A stretch of DNA of 10,358 nucleotides from a virus. The stretch is taken from UHGV virus genome UHGV-1708535; one strand, written 5' to 3'. The position numbers and the translations under genes were made by a program. Positions 1 to 8,734 of the stretch are shown piece after piece. The notes below the pieces were generated by a model. It was not told the origin of the DNA and searched no databases. It worked only from the letters and a program-made list of their open reading frames with translations. Position 1 is the stretch's first letter; every line of letters begins with the position of its first letter.

Positions 1-143
1 TTCCCGGCAATTGCGCCGACATCAGCTCCCTGATTTATGACATACAGCAGGTAAGACTGGCTGAATATATTGCGTGGAAGGATTGATGTATCGAGCCGCG
101 TCGCCTGCACAATAACAGGGGTGTTGAGATTCGAATCAGCCAT
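1..143 (-). CDS. Tail needle protein (P22 gp26-like), N-terminal 47 codons only; gene continues past the window start
   Basis: Reverse-complement translation from ATG at 141-143 gives [47 protein letters not shown], which matches my recollection of the P22 gp26 N-terminus ([47 protein letters not shown]). Start overlaps the stop of the upstream gene as TAATG. Too short for the 60-aa track. Confidence 0.8.
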   Translation of the reverse strand, partial: MADSNLNTPVIVQATRLDTSILPRNIFSQSYLLYVINQGADVGAIAG

Positions 144-1561
144 TACTCAATCCTTATCTGGCAACCAGACAGGGTGACAGGTGACTTCGTGATAACGCGC
201 AATTTGAAGCCGACATTTTTCCTGATGCGTCCGACCCGCTTCCACAAAACGCGTTTGTCGTAAACGAACGGTTCATTCTGCTCAATCATCTGCTCACGCC
301 CGTAATTGATGCCGTCAGTGGTTGCAGAGAGAAAAAGGCGGTCAGCATACTGCGCAACTCCAGTTGACGATTCAACTTCAAGGTCGAAAACTCTGGCGTT
401 ATCCGCTTTGAACAACGGAGTAAACAGCAGGTGTTCCTGCTGCTTGTCGTACTGGCTGCTGATATCGAACTGCAATTTCCCGGTCACGGATTCCAGCTTA
501 TCGCCGCACGTTATCTGATTGCCTTCGTAAATGAAGTCGATAGCGCGGTACACATCGTCATACAAGCCAGTTTTCAACACACACCATTGCGGACCATTGG
601 CGCTTGAAGATGCGTCGTACACGAGAACATGGCGCGGAAGGTGGATAATCAGCAACTCATGAGCATCAAATCGCAGCGATTCCATCACACCATCAGCCAG
701 TTCATCAGCAGTGTAGGAGCGGAGGATTTTCTCAATGCTCGCGCTGGCGATTGGTGACACCTGACCGGAACCGATGATGTACACAGACGGCGCACCTGTT
801 GCCGGATTGCTGATGAACGCATACGAATCAGCAAACGGCGTTTTGCAGTAAGTCCCGGCAATGCCTTTCTGCACCATCAGCGATGGCTGTGCGACATACA
901 AAGCAGCACCAACTGTGGTTGCACCAGTCAGGGAGAAATATTCAATCGTCGATGAGCCAAAGCAGACGATGAAGTCTCGCCATGTTCCGATGCCGATGAT
1001 GCCGTCAGGCTGTGATTCTGCCCGATATTGTGCGCTGTAGCGGTCAGGATGCGATTCGTCTTCAAGATCAGTGATAAACCATGAATCAGTACCGTCTTTT
1101 GACCACGCATAACGCCCACGTAAGCGAGTAATGTCACGAACCGAACCTAATTCATACTGCGTAAATCCGCTGTCTGCAGGCCAGTTTGAGACGGTTTTAA
1201 CCGTGCCATCATAGCGATACTCGAAAAGTTGACCATTAACGCCTACCGCCTGTGATGTCCGACCATGCGCCATTGATACGCGACCACTTCCGGCAACATC
1301 ACCGACTTCGCTTTCGCCTTTGTAGAGCTTGCCACCACACACACGATAAACAGCATTCTGCGCCATGTTGTACTCGACGCCCCGCGATACGCCGTTCACG
1401 TCGGAACGTTTGGCAATGCCTGGGAATGAGCGAAGATATCCGCTGCTGTTAAGGATTTCTTTGGGTGTAGCCAACATATTTACTGGCAGATAGTCGATAT
1501 AGTCGGCGTTTCGAAAGTCTTTGCCGACACCTTTCATAAGCGGAAGTTGCTGAATCGGCAT
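143..1561 (-). CDS. Head completion / tail hub protein (P22 gp10-like), 472 aa
   Basis: ORF track 143..1561; same length as P22 gp10 as I recall it; sits between the gp4-like and gp26-like genes; GAGGTG Shine-Dalgarno 6 nt upstream of the ATG at 1559-1561. Confidence 0.8.
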   Translation of the reverse strand: MPIQQLPLMKGVGKDFRNADYIDYLPVNMLATPKEILNSSGYLRSFPGIAKRSDVNGVSRGVEYNMAQNAVYRVCGGKLYKGESEVGDVAGSGRVSMAHGRTSQAVGVNGQLFEYRYDGTVKTVSNWPADSGFTQYELGSVRDITRLRGRYAWSKDGTDSWFITDLEDESHPDRYSAQYRAESQPDGIIGIGTWRDFIVCFGSSTIEYFSLTGATTVGAALYVAQPSLMVQKGIAGTYCKTPFADSYAFISNPATGAPSVYIIGSGQVSPIASASIEKILRSYTADELADGVMESLRFDAHELLIIHLPRHVLVYDASSSANGPQWCVLKTGLYDDVYRAIDFIYEGNQITCGDKLESVTGKLQFDISSQYDKQQEHLLFTPLFKADNARVFDLEVESSTGVAQYADRLFLSATTDGINYGREQMIEQNEPFVYDKRVLWKRVGRIRKNVGFKLRVITKSPVTLSGCQIRIE

Positions 1562-1570
1562 TTATTCACC

Positions 1571-2032
1571 TCACGTACTCGGATCATCTTTCTCGATGTA
1601 AAACCGATTCCACGTAAACGCGCTTTTGTTACCACTACCGCGAGGCATGTCATTTCGTCGCTCAAGTGGTGGTATTTTGGTTAAAGCGATACAGATTGTC
1701 TGATATGCACTGTCAGCAGCGGTAAGGAGAGCGTCTGACGGCTGAATGACGTTATCCATGCACACTTGCACAGCGAGTTTCAAAGCGACGCCATCATTTG
1801 CCCATGCAGGGATACCTGAATCATCGTCAGGTAACGGCATGATGCCGTTTTCTGTATCAGCAAACTGATACCCAAGCTCGATACCTTTAGCCTGCCATGC
1901 TGCCATCATGTCTTCGAGGTCATTAATGGCATCTTCAATTGCCTGAGGGTCAGCATCTGTCAACGTGGCATTGGAATACAGCCCGGCTTTTCGTAAAGCC
2001 TTAAGAACGAGATCACCCTTCGTTTTCGCCAT
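1571..2032 (-). CDS. Head completion protein (P22 gp4-like), 153 aa
   Basis: ORF track 1571..2032; N-terminus MAKTKGDLVLKALRKAGLYSNATLTDADPQAIEDAINDLEDMMAAW resembles the P22 gp4 N-terminus as I remember it; lies between the coat-proximal small ORF and gp10. Confidence 0.75.
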   Translation of the reverse strand: MAKTKGDLVLKALRKAGLYSNATLTDADPQAIEDAINDLEDMMAAWQAKGIELGYQFADTENGIMPLPDDDSGIPAWANDGVALKLAVQVCMDNVIQPSDALLTAADSAYQTICIALTKIPPLERRNDMPRGSGNKSAFTWNRFYIEKDDPST

Positions 2033-2201
2033 CTTCTTCCGCCTTAGCCACTTTTTGCTTCGTTGCGGTTTCTTCAGGAGTTTTTACCCAGCCTTTTTTC
2101 AGGTGAGATTTAACTTCTTCGTCATCAACAATGATGTAATCGACAGCAAACTGACCACAGGTGATCATGTTGCCAGGCTTATAGAGCATTGTTCGTGCCA
2201 T
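2013..2201 (-). CDS. Small hypothetical protein between coat and gp4 genes, 62 aa from the ATG at 2199-2201
   Basis: Track ORF 2013..2240 starts at a TTG that lies inside the terminator hairpin. The in-frame ATG at 2199-2201 is preceded by GGAG with a 6-nt spacer and is the more plausible start. Product MARTMLYKPGNMITCGQFAVDYIIVDDEEVKSHLKKGWVKTPEETATKQKVAKAEEDGENEG has an acidic, lysine-rich tail. The 3' end overlaps the gp4 start by 20 nt. Confidence 0.5.
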   Translation of the reverse strand: MARTMLYKPGNMITCGQFAVDYIIVDDEEVKSHLKKGWVKTPEETATKQKVAKAEEDGENEG

Positions 2202-2212
2202 TGTCTTCTCCC

Positions 2213-2235
2213 AATAAAAATGGGGCCGAAGCCCC
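2213..2235 (-). terminator. Intrinsic (Rho-independent) terminator-like hairpin immediately downstream of the coat gene
   Basis: Minus-strand RNA reads GGGGC-UUCG-GCCCC (plus 2222-2235) followed by AUUUUUAUU (plus 2213-2221), 7 nt after the coat stop codon: a 5-bp all-GC stem with a UUCG tetraloop and a U-tract. Confidence 0.7.
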
Positions 2236-2242
2236 ACCAAAA

Positions 2243-3496
2243 TTACTGCCCGGCAATAACGATGCCCGTATATTCAGGAACCAGTACAGAGCAACCGTAC
2301 AGAGTGGTGAAACGTGCAGTGGTTACGCCTTTGATGTGGTCGAAGGCGTAAGACATGATCAGCGTAGCGCCCTGCTCGGTGGTTGCTGTCATTACCTGTG
2401 GCCCCTGACCAGTCGGGAATGCCAGTTTGCCGTACATCAGTTCAACAGAACCATCAGCCCAGAACAGGTTAGCCGGTGCGGCATTTTTGTTGAGAATGGT
2501 AATTGCTGCACCATTTGCCGCGTTAGCATCAACGTTTGCATATGGACGGCTGGCGACATCCGCGTTGTCAGGCGGCAAAATTTTCGGGGAGATAGTTACT
2601 GTCGTTCCGCTAACTGCCAGAACGCGGAATACCTGCGGCTGCCCGGTGGTGTCTTTGGTGATCTGGTGTACAGAATTCACCCCTGCAATGGTAAATGCAT
2701 CGCCAACCTGCAAACCTTCAGCAGATACCGTAATGGTCCCCTGTCGGTTATCAACTGGCATATCGTTAGCATCTTTCGCTTCAACTTTGTGCGCAGGTGC
2801 TGCTGCCAGCGTAATGGAAGTTGCTGTCCCTTTCGGAACACGACCAGAAATATCGGTCTTGTAGCTATCAAAGGAAGCAACCGGAGGGATCTGCGCTTTT
2901 TCGTATGCTGTCAGGGTTGCGCCCTGAGCGTAGGCACGATGACCAAGCTCGCCAGCAAGGTCTTTGTAGTTGAAGGGGTTCCAGAAAGAGCGACGGTTGA
3001 TACCCTGCGGTACACCAATCGCCGTCATGGTGGCATCAATACCTGCCGCACAGTTCCACAAATCACGGCCCTGTGAACCAGTGGTTGAGTCAGCCATTGC
3101 GATCACGTTAGTAGCACGCTGCGTGACCATGGAAATCAGGTCAGAGTCAATCTGTGCAGCAAGGCGCATACCTGCGGCGCGACCAGCTTCAGTTTTATGT
3201 TCCGGGTCACGCATTTCACGCGCATCCAGAGTGTACAGAATGTTTTTAGGCTCCTTGAACACAGAAGGAACAAGGCGCTGAACCAGTGCTGTTGGCGTTT
3301 TGCTGCTGAGGTCGAGGCCTTCCTCAATGTTCATGTGGTAATGCTGCGGACGATACAGAACATCACCTGCTCGCTGCATTGCTGTATCACCGGGACGGAA
3401 TTTTTTAGCGTTACGGGAAACTACGCAGGCGGCCTCAAAGCCTTCAACGTAGTTTTCGAACATGATTTCAAGGTCTTTTGCTAATTGGTTAGCCAT
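2243..3496 (-). CDS. Major capsid (coat) protein, P22 gp5-like, 417 aa
   Basis: ORF track 2243..3496; position directly after the scaffolding gene; segments such as AMQRAGDVLYRP and RPYANVDANAANGAAITILNKNAAPANLFWADGS resemble P22 coat segments as I recall them ([46 protein letters not shown]); GGAG 8 nt upstream of the ATG. Confidence 0.88.
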   Translation of the reverse strand: MANQLAKDLEIMFENYVEGFEAACVVSRNAKKFRPGDTAMQRAGDVLYRPQHYHMNIEEGLDLSSKTPTALVQRLVPSVFKEPKNILYTLDAREMRDPEHKTEAGRAAGMRLAAQIDSDLISMVTQRATNVIAMADSTTGSQGRDLWNCAAGIDATMTAIGVPQGINRRSFWNPFNYKDLAGELGHRAYAQGATLTAYEKAQIPPVASFDSYKTDISGRVPKGTATSITLAAAPAHKVEAKDANDMPVDNRQGTITVSAEGLQVGDAFTIAGVNSVHQITKDTTGQPQVFRVLAVSGTTVTISPKILPPDNADVASRPYANVDANAANGAAITILNKNAAPANLFWADGSVELMYGKLAFPTGQGPQVMTATTEQGATLIMSYAFDHIKGVTTARFTTLYGCSVLVPEYTGIVIAGQ

Positions 3497-3514
3497 GCTT
3501 AATGCTCCGATAGG

Positions 3515-4408
3515 TTATTTTTTTGCCTTTTTAGCGGCGAAATACGGCGTCCAGTCACCAGTTTCCAGCGCCTTGGCTTTCAATTTGTCGAGGTTGTTGA
3601 TTACTGCGCCGTTGCTCCCCTTAACTGTCGGGGTTGTGGCTGCCGTGGTTTTTGCTTTTGGCATGATTCTGGCCTTCGATTCGATACGTTCCAGCAGACG
3701 ACCAATTGCTACGGGGTTGGTAGCTTCTGCCAGTTGCTTGCGCAGTTCAGCGTTGCGACCGAGTGCCAGAACAACGATTTCCGGCTTCTCTGACTCAAAC
3801 AGGATCGCGTTTTGTGTCTCGATGGGGATTTCCTCGAGTACGGCCTGTTCTGCTTCCTGATAGCCAGGGACCTTGAGAGCCTTAACACGTTGTTGATATT
3901 TGGATAATCGCTCTTGATAGGCAGCATGAAGCTCCTGTTCCTTCTGCTTGCGAGCCATCTCCTGTTGCTGGTACTTGCCGTTATCCTCTGCCCACTTAGT
4001 CATGCGTTGCTGGTAGATTTCTTCATCGAAACCGATGTCCTCATCATCCAGTTTTGGCATTCGCGGTGGTTGAGTGATTACCGGCTGCTGCTCGACGGGT
4101 TTCTGAGACTGACGCATCAGCTCTTTCAGCTCGCGGTCCTTCTCTTTAATCGTCTTGCGCAGGTGTTTTACCAGTCCATGCTCTGCGCCATCTTCGCTGG
4201 TTGGCGAATCCAGCTTTTCGTCACCAAAGTAGAATTCCTGTTCTGATTCGTCGTCATCAGTTTCAGTAGCTTCCTCTGCATCATTTCCGGAGGGCTTACT
4301 GCCATCTTCTGTTTCGACTTCTTCAGCCAGTTCGACATCATCAGGAATCTGCTCTGATGTATCGGTTTCGATTTCAACTTCTGGTGTGTTTTCTGCCATC
4401 TGGTCCAT
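3515..4408 (-). CDS. Scaffolding protein, P22 gp8-like, 297 aa
   Basis: ORF track 3515..4408; between portal and coat genes; strongly acidic N-terminal ~75 aa, charged helical middle, basic C-terminus (LDKLKAKALETGDWTPYFAAKKAKK) consistent with a coat-binding C-terminal domain; AGGGG Shine-Dalgarno upstream. Confidence 0.85.
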   Translation of the reverse strand: MDQMAENTPEVEIETDTSEQIPDDVELAEEVETEDGSKPSGNDAEEATETDDDESEQEFYFGDEKLDSPTSEDGAEHGLVKHLRKTIKEKDRELKELMRQSQKPVEQQPVITQPPRMPKLDDEDIGFDEEIYQQRMTKWAEDNGKYQQQEMARKQKEQELHAAYQERLSKYQQRVKALKVPGYQEAEQAVLEEIPIETQNAILFESEKPEIVVLALGRNAELRKQLAEATNPVAIGRLLERIESKARIMPKAKTTAATTPTVKGSNGAVINNLDKLKAKALETGDWTPYFAAKKAKK

Positions 4409-4498
4409 TTGTTACCCCTGTTTACTCGATGTTCAGCCCATCGGAAGGCAATAGGGTGCTAGGCCTCATAAAGACAGCCATTGCACGTTATGGGTTAA

Positions 4499-6694
4499 TT
4501 ACTGCTGTGGTTGTTGCTGAGTTGATTTTTTCAGGATGCTGCTGATGCCCATACGCTGCGCATGACCCTGTGCCTGACTTTTCAGGACAAGCTCTGCATC
4601 AGCACGGGCATTGTCTCCTTGCTGTTGCTGGAACTGTCCGAGCAGTTTCAGAGCCTCGCGGATATCAGATTTCTGCTGACTATCGGCAGATGCGAGGATT
4701 TTCACAACATTTGCCGCTGCAACCTGAGCATCAGTCTGTGCCTGGAATGCTTTAACCTGAATGGCTGCCTGTTCGTTCTGTGCTTTCTGCAATTCAGCCT
4801 GACCAGCAAGAAGCTGACCTTGCGCTGCAACCATAGCCGGATCTGGCTGACTGGCCTGTTGTTTCGCCTGCTCAACCATTTGCTGTTCTTCAGGCGTTCT
4901 CGGCTTGATAACGCCAGACAGAAGCAACTGATTGCGGTTGTATTCTTTAAGGTCGTCCATCCCTTCGCCGTCCATATTGTCGAGAATCATCGACGATACA
5001 AGGTCGTGCTTCGGCGTCCCTGGCGGGATAAGTGCCAGCATGGAAAGTAACGACTTAACCGTTGCATCACGGCGAGTAGCGAACGACTGACCGACATCGA
5101 CAGTCACTTCGTAGTTACCCTGCGAAAGGTCGTTAAGCGCGATAACCTGCCCTGTCTGACGGTCAACCACTTCACCAGTCATCAGCGCCACGTCATCGCT
5201 GCCGTCCTCATTAACGATACGCATCGGCGTATCGCTGCCATAGACTTCACGCGCCATAGAAAGCCACACAACGCCAGCGCGACGCATGGATTTAGCCATG
5301 TTGTCCATGTAGATATAGGACTGCGTATCCATCCGGTTAAAGATGCTATCAACGGTATCGGTGGCGACGTTGCTCGGCATGTTCTCAAGCTGCGACGCAC
5401 CTGTAATTTGCTGAATAGCCGTTCCGGTGTACTGCAATAGCCCGGCAAGAGCTGGAGGCATTTGTGTCGGAGGTGTATAACTGCTGACCTGAGCCTGCGC
5501 AGTAATATCTCCGTTTTTGTTTTTCAGACTGACCATCGGCAGGAACGCCGGGCGCTTTTTGTTGCGCTCCGCCCAATGAGTGGCAAGAGGACCAGGAATC
5601 ATGTCAACATCAACTACAGGAATGCCATCACCGCCAGCCTGAGTGGCGTTATCTGCAATCATGGAAACCATCAGGTTCTCAAGACGCTGTGCATCCATCG
5701 CTTTTGCTGCGTGGCCTTCGATTCGCTCCTGATTATCAACAAATGAGCGACGCCCATATACCGGGATGAGAGGAATATGTTCGCCCGGAATACGCTTCGG
5801 TTCTTCCAGCCATTCAGCGCCAGACAGAAGGCCGCAATAAACGCGGCGTTTCTTCACTGTCCGCTCGCCAATCAGTTCGAATGCGCCATCGGTCAGCTCG
5901 TCAACAACATCTTTGATTTGCTCTTCATCATAGATTGCCGTTTCTCCGCTAACAGGGTTGCGCCACGCCGTGAGCTTCACCTTCTCTATGCGAACTTCGT
6001 AGTAGCGTCCAACATAGATGGCATCAGGCGTTGACCAGTCATACTGAGTACCAGTGTCATCACGAGAAAGACTTGCCGCGATGGAGTCAGGGTATTCAGC
6101 CTTGAACGCTTTAGGCGTCATGGAGAACATTTCCATAGCCCACATAGCATCAGAGCGGTCATATTGCTTGCTGTCCTGATCGAAGAAGACGCATGTCGCT
6201 GGGTCGTAAACAGGAAGAAGACTGATGCGTCGCTGCTCGTTACTCGGATCCATTTCATCTTCGTAATCAGCACACATGCGGAAACAACCGAATCCGCCCG
6301 TTACAGCATCATCAAATGCGTTATCACACGCTTCGCCACCGGATGTTTCCTGATAGTCAGCGCGGAATTTGCCGTTCATCTTTTCGGCTAACGCTTCCGA
6401 TGCCTTATCGTCCTTCGGCCTGAATTTAACGCTGATGCGATTCTGTCGATACTCGCCAATGATGCGATCACATTCACGGGCAATCTTATTCAGTTCAAAG
6501 CGCGGGTAATGCTCAAACCTTCCTTCATCAAATGAGTAACCAGCGTTTGTGCTGCCTTCCCACTGTGCGCCGGACACCCGGACGAAACGTTGAGCCTCAA
6601 TAATCTGCTCACGCATATCCTGCGTTGCTGACCAGGCATTATCAAAGTTGCACAGCACCTTGCGATGCCAGTCAGTCATCTTTTTTTCTGCCAT
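4499..6694 (-). CDS. Portal protein, P22 gp1-like, 731 aa
   Basis: ORF track 4499..6694; directly downstream of the large terminase gene (TGA-t-ATG junction); length close to the P22 portal (about 725 aa as I recall); internal segments (DYEDEMDPSNEQRRISLLPVYDP, GEHIPLIPVYG) and the Gln/Ala-rich helical C-terminus resemble the P22 portal from memory. Confidence 0.9.
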   Translation of the reverse strand: MAEKKMTDWHRKVLCNFDNAWSATQDMREQIIEAQRFVRVSGAQWEGSTNAGYSFDEGRFEHYPRFELNKIARECDRIIGEYRQNRISVKFRPKDDKASEALAEKMNGKFRADYQETSGGEACDNAFDDAVTGGFGCFRMCADYEDEMDPSNEQRRISLLPVYDPATCVFFDQDSKQYDRSDAMWAMEMFSMTPKAFKAEYPDSIAASLSRDDTGTQYDWSTPDAIYVGRYYEVRIEKVKLTAWRNPVSGETAIYDEEQIKDVVDELTDGAFELIGERTVKKRRVYCGLLSGAEWLEEPKRIPGEHIPLIPVYGRRSFVDNQERIEGHAAKAMDAQRLENLMVSMIADNATQAGGDGIPVVDVDMIPGPLATHWAERNKKRPAFLPMVSLKNKNGDITAQAQVSSYTPPTQMPPALAGLLQYTGTAIQQITGASQLENMPSNVATDTVDSIFNRMDTQSYIYMDNMAKSMRRAGVVWLSMAREVYGSDTPMRIVNEDGSDDVALMTGEVVDRQTGQVIALNDLSQGNYEVTVDVGQSFATRRDATVKSLLSMLALIPPGTPKHDLVSSMILDNMDGEGMDDLKEYNRNQLLLSGVIKPRTPEEQQMVEQAKQQASQPDPAMVAAQGQLLAGQAELQKAQNEQAAIQVKAFQAQTDAQVAAANVVKILASADSQQKSDIREALKLLGQFQQQQGDNARADAELVLKSQAQGHAQRMGISSILKKSTQQQPQQ

Positions 6695-6695
6695 A

Positions 6696-8111
6696 TCAAC
6701 CTACACCACAAGGAATTGAGTAACTGGAATAGTCGGGTTGCGCAGCCGACTCCGGGCAATGCATACACATCATCAACGCATCAGCCAGGTTAGGAGATGG
6801 GATCCCGAGCTTTTGCTTCATTTCGACCTTAGTCATAAGCTCCAGCTTCCCGTTGTTATTGAATTTGCGCTGAATCTGCGTCAGTTCTGCAAACAGCTTC
6901 TCCAGCATCTTCTCGCCTATCGCTTCTTTGTCGAAACTCAGCATGTCGTCGGGGTCTGCATACTCACCGTGAACAACCGCCCGATATGTCAGATACAGCC
7001 TGTCAGCCAGCGCGTAATAGAATTGCGCTCGCTTATTGCGGAATACATCGCCAATAGTGCGAACATTGTCGCCCTGTACGACTTCATCAGCCCATGCTCC
7101 GGCCTGATATGGCGCATCTTCATCGAATGGCGATTCGCTGCCCTTGAACATCGTGGCGGTGATTTTCTTGCCGGAGAACGCTTCCGTTGTCTGTCTGCGT
7201 AGACCCGCACCAACACCATCACCATCCCACAGGTAATGGTCAGAGCCGTCTTCAATCGCCAGCGAAGTAGCCCAGTCAGCACCCTCGTTGATGTCCATCA
7301 GCAGACCTTCGGCAATGCGCTTAACTACCGAACCGTGACGCGATGCATAACCTTTAGCATCTGGCCCTGTATCTGATGGGTCATGCGCAGAAACAACAGC
7401 GCCTTTCGCTTTCCATCCGAGTTTCTTGTGCGCATCGGTTGCAGCTTCAAGCCATTCACGTTTGATGATTGCCATATCACTTGCGCTTACTGGCTCACCA
7501 AGCCAGATGTGACGATACAGTGTCGGATTTCTGCGTTTGCACTCTTCCATCTCCAGACGGAGAACTTCAGGAAAGTGCGGGTTGTCGGTGTAGTTCACCG
7601 TCAGCAGGCAAATATCATCGGGAGGATTTACGACGAATCGCTGATAGGTATCGTCGAGGATGTTCTTCGGGTTAAAGCTCACCCATATTTCAGAGAACGG
7701 CTTACGGATGGTTGGGATCAGGATATCCCATGATTCCTTCGTTACCGCTTCCGCTTCTTCCACCCAGCAGATATCAATGCCTTCGAGCGATTTAATCTTC
7801 GTCGGGTTGTTTTTGATGCCGTAGAACATGAACTCAGCATTCGTTCCGAGATGACGAATCATGGAACGCTGAATTTCAAACTCAGCCGAATACCCTTCCC
7901 GCTCGATGGTGTCTTCAAGCAACCGGATTACCGAATCGCTGATACTGTTTTGCAGTTCACGAGCGCAGAGAATACGCACAGGCTGTCGGCGCGCCGCTTC
8001 AACAAGCAGCCTCGCAATTGCCCATGATTTACCGCTACCTCGACCGCCTTTGGTGACTTTGTAGCGATGCGCCTCAATGAACGGTTCAAAGATAGGATTA
8101 ATCGAGGTCAT
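6696..8111 (-). CDS. terL: Terminase large subunit (ATPase/nuclease), 471 aa
   Basis: ORF track 6696..8111; Walker A P-loop GGRGSGKS near the N-terminus (KVTKGGRGSGKSWAIARLL); size typical of P22/Sf6 large terminases; ATGA start/stop overlap with the small terminase gene. Confidence 0.9.
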   Translation of the reverse strand: MTSINPIFEPFIEAHRYKVTKGGRGSGKSWAIARLLVEAARRQPVRILCARELQNSISDSVIRLLEDTIEREGYSAEFEIQRSMIRHLGTNAEFMFYGIKNNPTKIKSLEGIDICWVEEAEAVTKESWDILIPTIRKPFSEIWVSFNPKNILDDTYQRFVVNPPDDICLLTVNYTDNPHFPEVLRLEMEECKRRNPTLYRHIWLGEPVSASDMAIIKREWLEAATDAHKKLGWKAKGAVVSAHDPSDTGPDAKGYASRHGSVVKRIAEGLLMDINEGADWATSLAIEDGSDHYLWDGDGVGAGLRRQTTEAFSGKKITATMFKGSESPFDEDAPYQAGAWADEVVQGDNVRTIGDVFRNKRAQFYYALADRLYLTYRAVVHGEYADPDDMLSFDKEAIGEKMLEKLFAELTQIQRKFNNNGKLELMTKVEMKQKLGIPSPNLADALMMCMHCPESAAQPDYSSYSIPCGVG

Positions 8112-8530
8112 TTTCCGAATAGAGTGCTCATCGGTGATGTTTCAATCTGGATTGCGCCGCCGTCCTTACCGACAAGCTCGTTAGTTACCTTGTCGCCATA
8201 CTTACGGGGATTCATTCGGGCCAACGCCCATTTACGGGTATCTACGCGAAGTCTTGCCTTTGCCACCTCAGCAGCATCTGGAATCGCAGTGTCAGCAATT
8301 TCGAATATCTCTTCGAAAATAGAATCAGCTCGTGCCTCAGTTGCCTTCGCGTACTTGTCGCGAAAATCCTCATGCTTTGCCAACCAGCGGAAAACAGTGG
8401 ACTTATCCGGCATACCAGGACGCTTACATACTTTCAGCAGACTTTCGCCAGAAGAAAGCAACGAGCAGATATCGTCAGCCACCTCCGGCATATAATCAGA
8501 GGGGCGACCAGCTTTTGGTTCAGTCGCCAT
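8108..8530 (-). CDS. terS: Terminase small subunit (Sf6 gp1-like), 140 aa from the second ATG (142 aa if the ATG at 8534-8536 is used)
   Basis: ORF track 8108..8536; gene immediately upstream of terL and overlapping it by 4 nt; sequence MATEPKAGRPSDYMPEVADDICSLLSSGESLLKVCKRPGMPDKSTVFRWLAKHEDFRDKY has the HTH-like N-terminal DNA-binding region typical of small terminases. I chose the second ATG (8528-8530) because the GTGAG purine run abuts the first ATG with no spacer; this choice is uncertain. Confidence 0.8.
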   Translation of the reverse strand: MATEPKAGRPSDYMPEVADDICSLLSSGESLLKVCKRPGMPDKSTVFRWLAKHEDFRDKYAKATEARADSIFEEIFEIADTAIPDAAEVAKARLRVDTRKWALARMNPRKYGDKVTNELVGKDGGAIQIETSPMSTLFGK

Positions 8531-8553
8531 ATTCATCTCACTTAGTTGTTATT

Positions 8554-8733
8554 TCAGGCTGAGGACTCTTTCGCGCCTTCAATCAGTGACTGCTTCAGCA
8601 ATTCGAGTGTGCCAATCGCCTCACATAAACTGATTTCACCATCGTAATCATGAATGACGCTTTCCAGCCGCTCGTATAGCTCTTGAGTAATTGGGAATTT
8701 CTTCTCCTTACCAAAATTGATTACGCGGCTCAC
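8554..8733 (-). CDS. Hypothetical small protein, 59 codons, GTG start; possible ribbon-helix-helix-like fold
   Basis: Not in the track (below 60 aa). Open frame from GTG at 8731-8733 to TGA at 8554-8556, GGAG 6 nt upstream of the GTG, 2 nt after the stop of the 80-aa ORF and 17 nt before terS. Translation (V)SRVINFGKEKKFPITQELYERLESVIHDYDGEISLCEAIGTLELLKQSLIEGAKESSA shows a strand-helix-turn-helix pattern reminiscent of RHH proteins; this is pattern inference only. Confidence 0.4.
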   Translation of the reverse strand: MSRVINFGKEKKFPITQELYERLESVIHDYDGEISLCEAIGTLELLKQSLIEGAKESSA

Positions 8734-8734
8734 A

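Noticed and set aside
2202-2240. TTG-initiated N-terminal extension of the small ORF (track 2013..2240, 75 aa)
   Set aside because: The extension runs through the terminator hairpin at 2222-2235, and the internal ATG at 2199-2201 has a proper GGAG Shine-Dalgarno.
2189-3076. 295-aa plus-strand ORF, plus other long plus-strand ORFs (1965..2351, 2427..2864, 3462..3860, 3914..4246, 4562..5050, 6738..7202, 7383..7733, 8067..8495, 9689..10090, 9843..10199)
   Set aside because: All lie antisense to minus-strand genes with clear structural-protein identity; translations are Cys/Arg/Trp-rich and low-complexity, and none has a convincing ribosome-binding site.
8534-8536. First ATG as the terS start (142-aa product)
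   Set aside because: Not excluded, but the purine-rich GTGAG abuts this ATG with no spacer, whereas the second ATG (8528-8530) has workable spacing; kept as an alternative.
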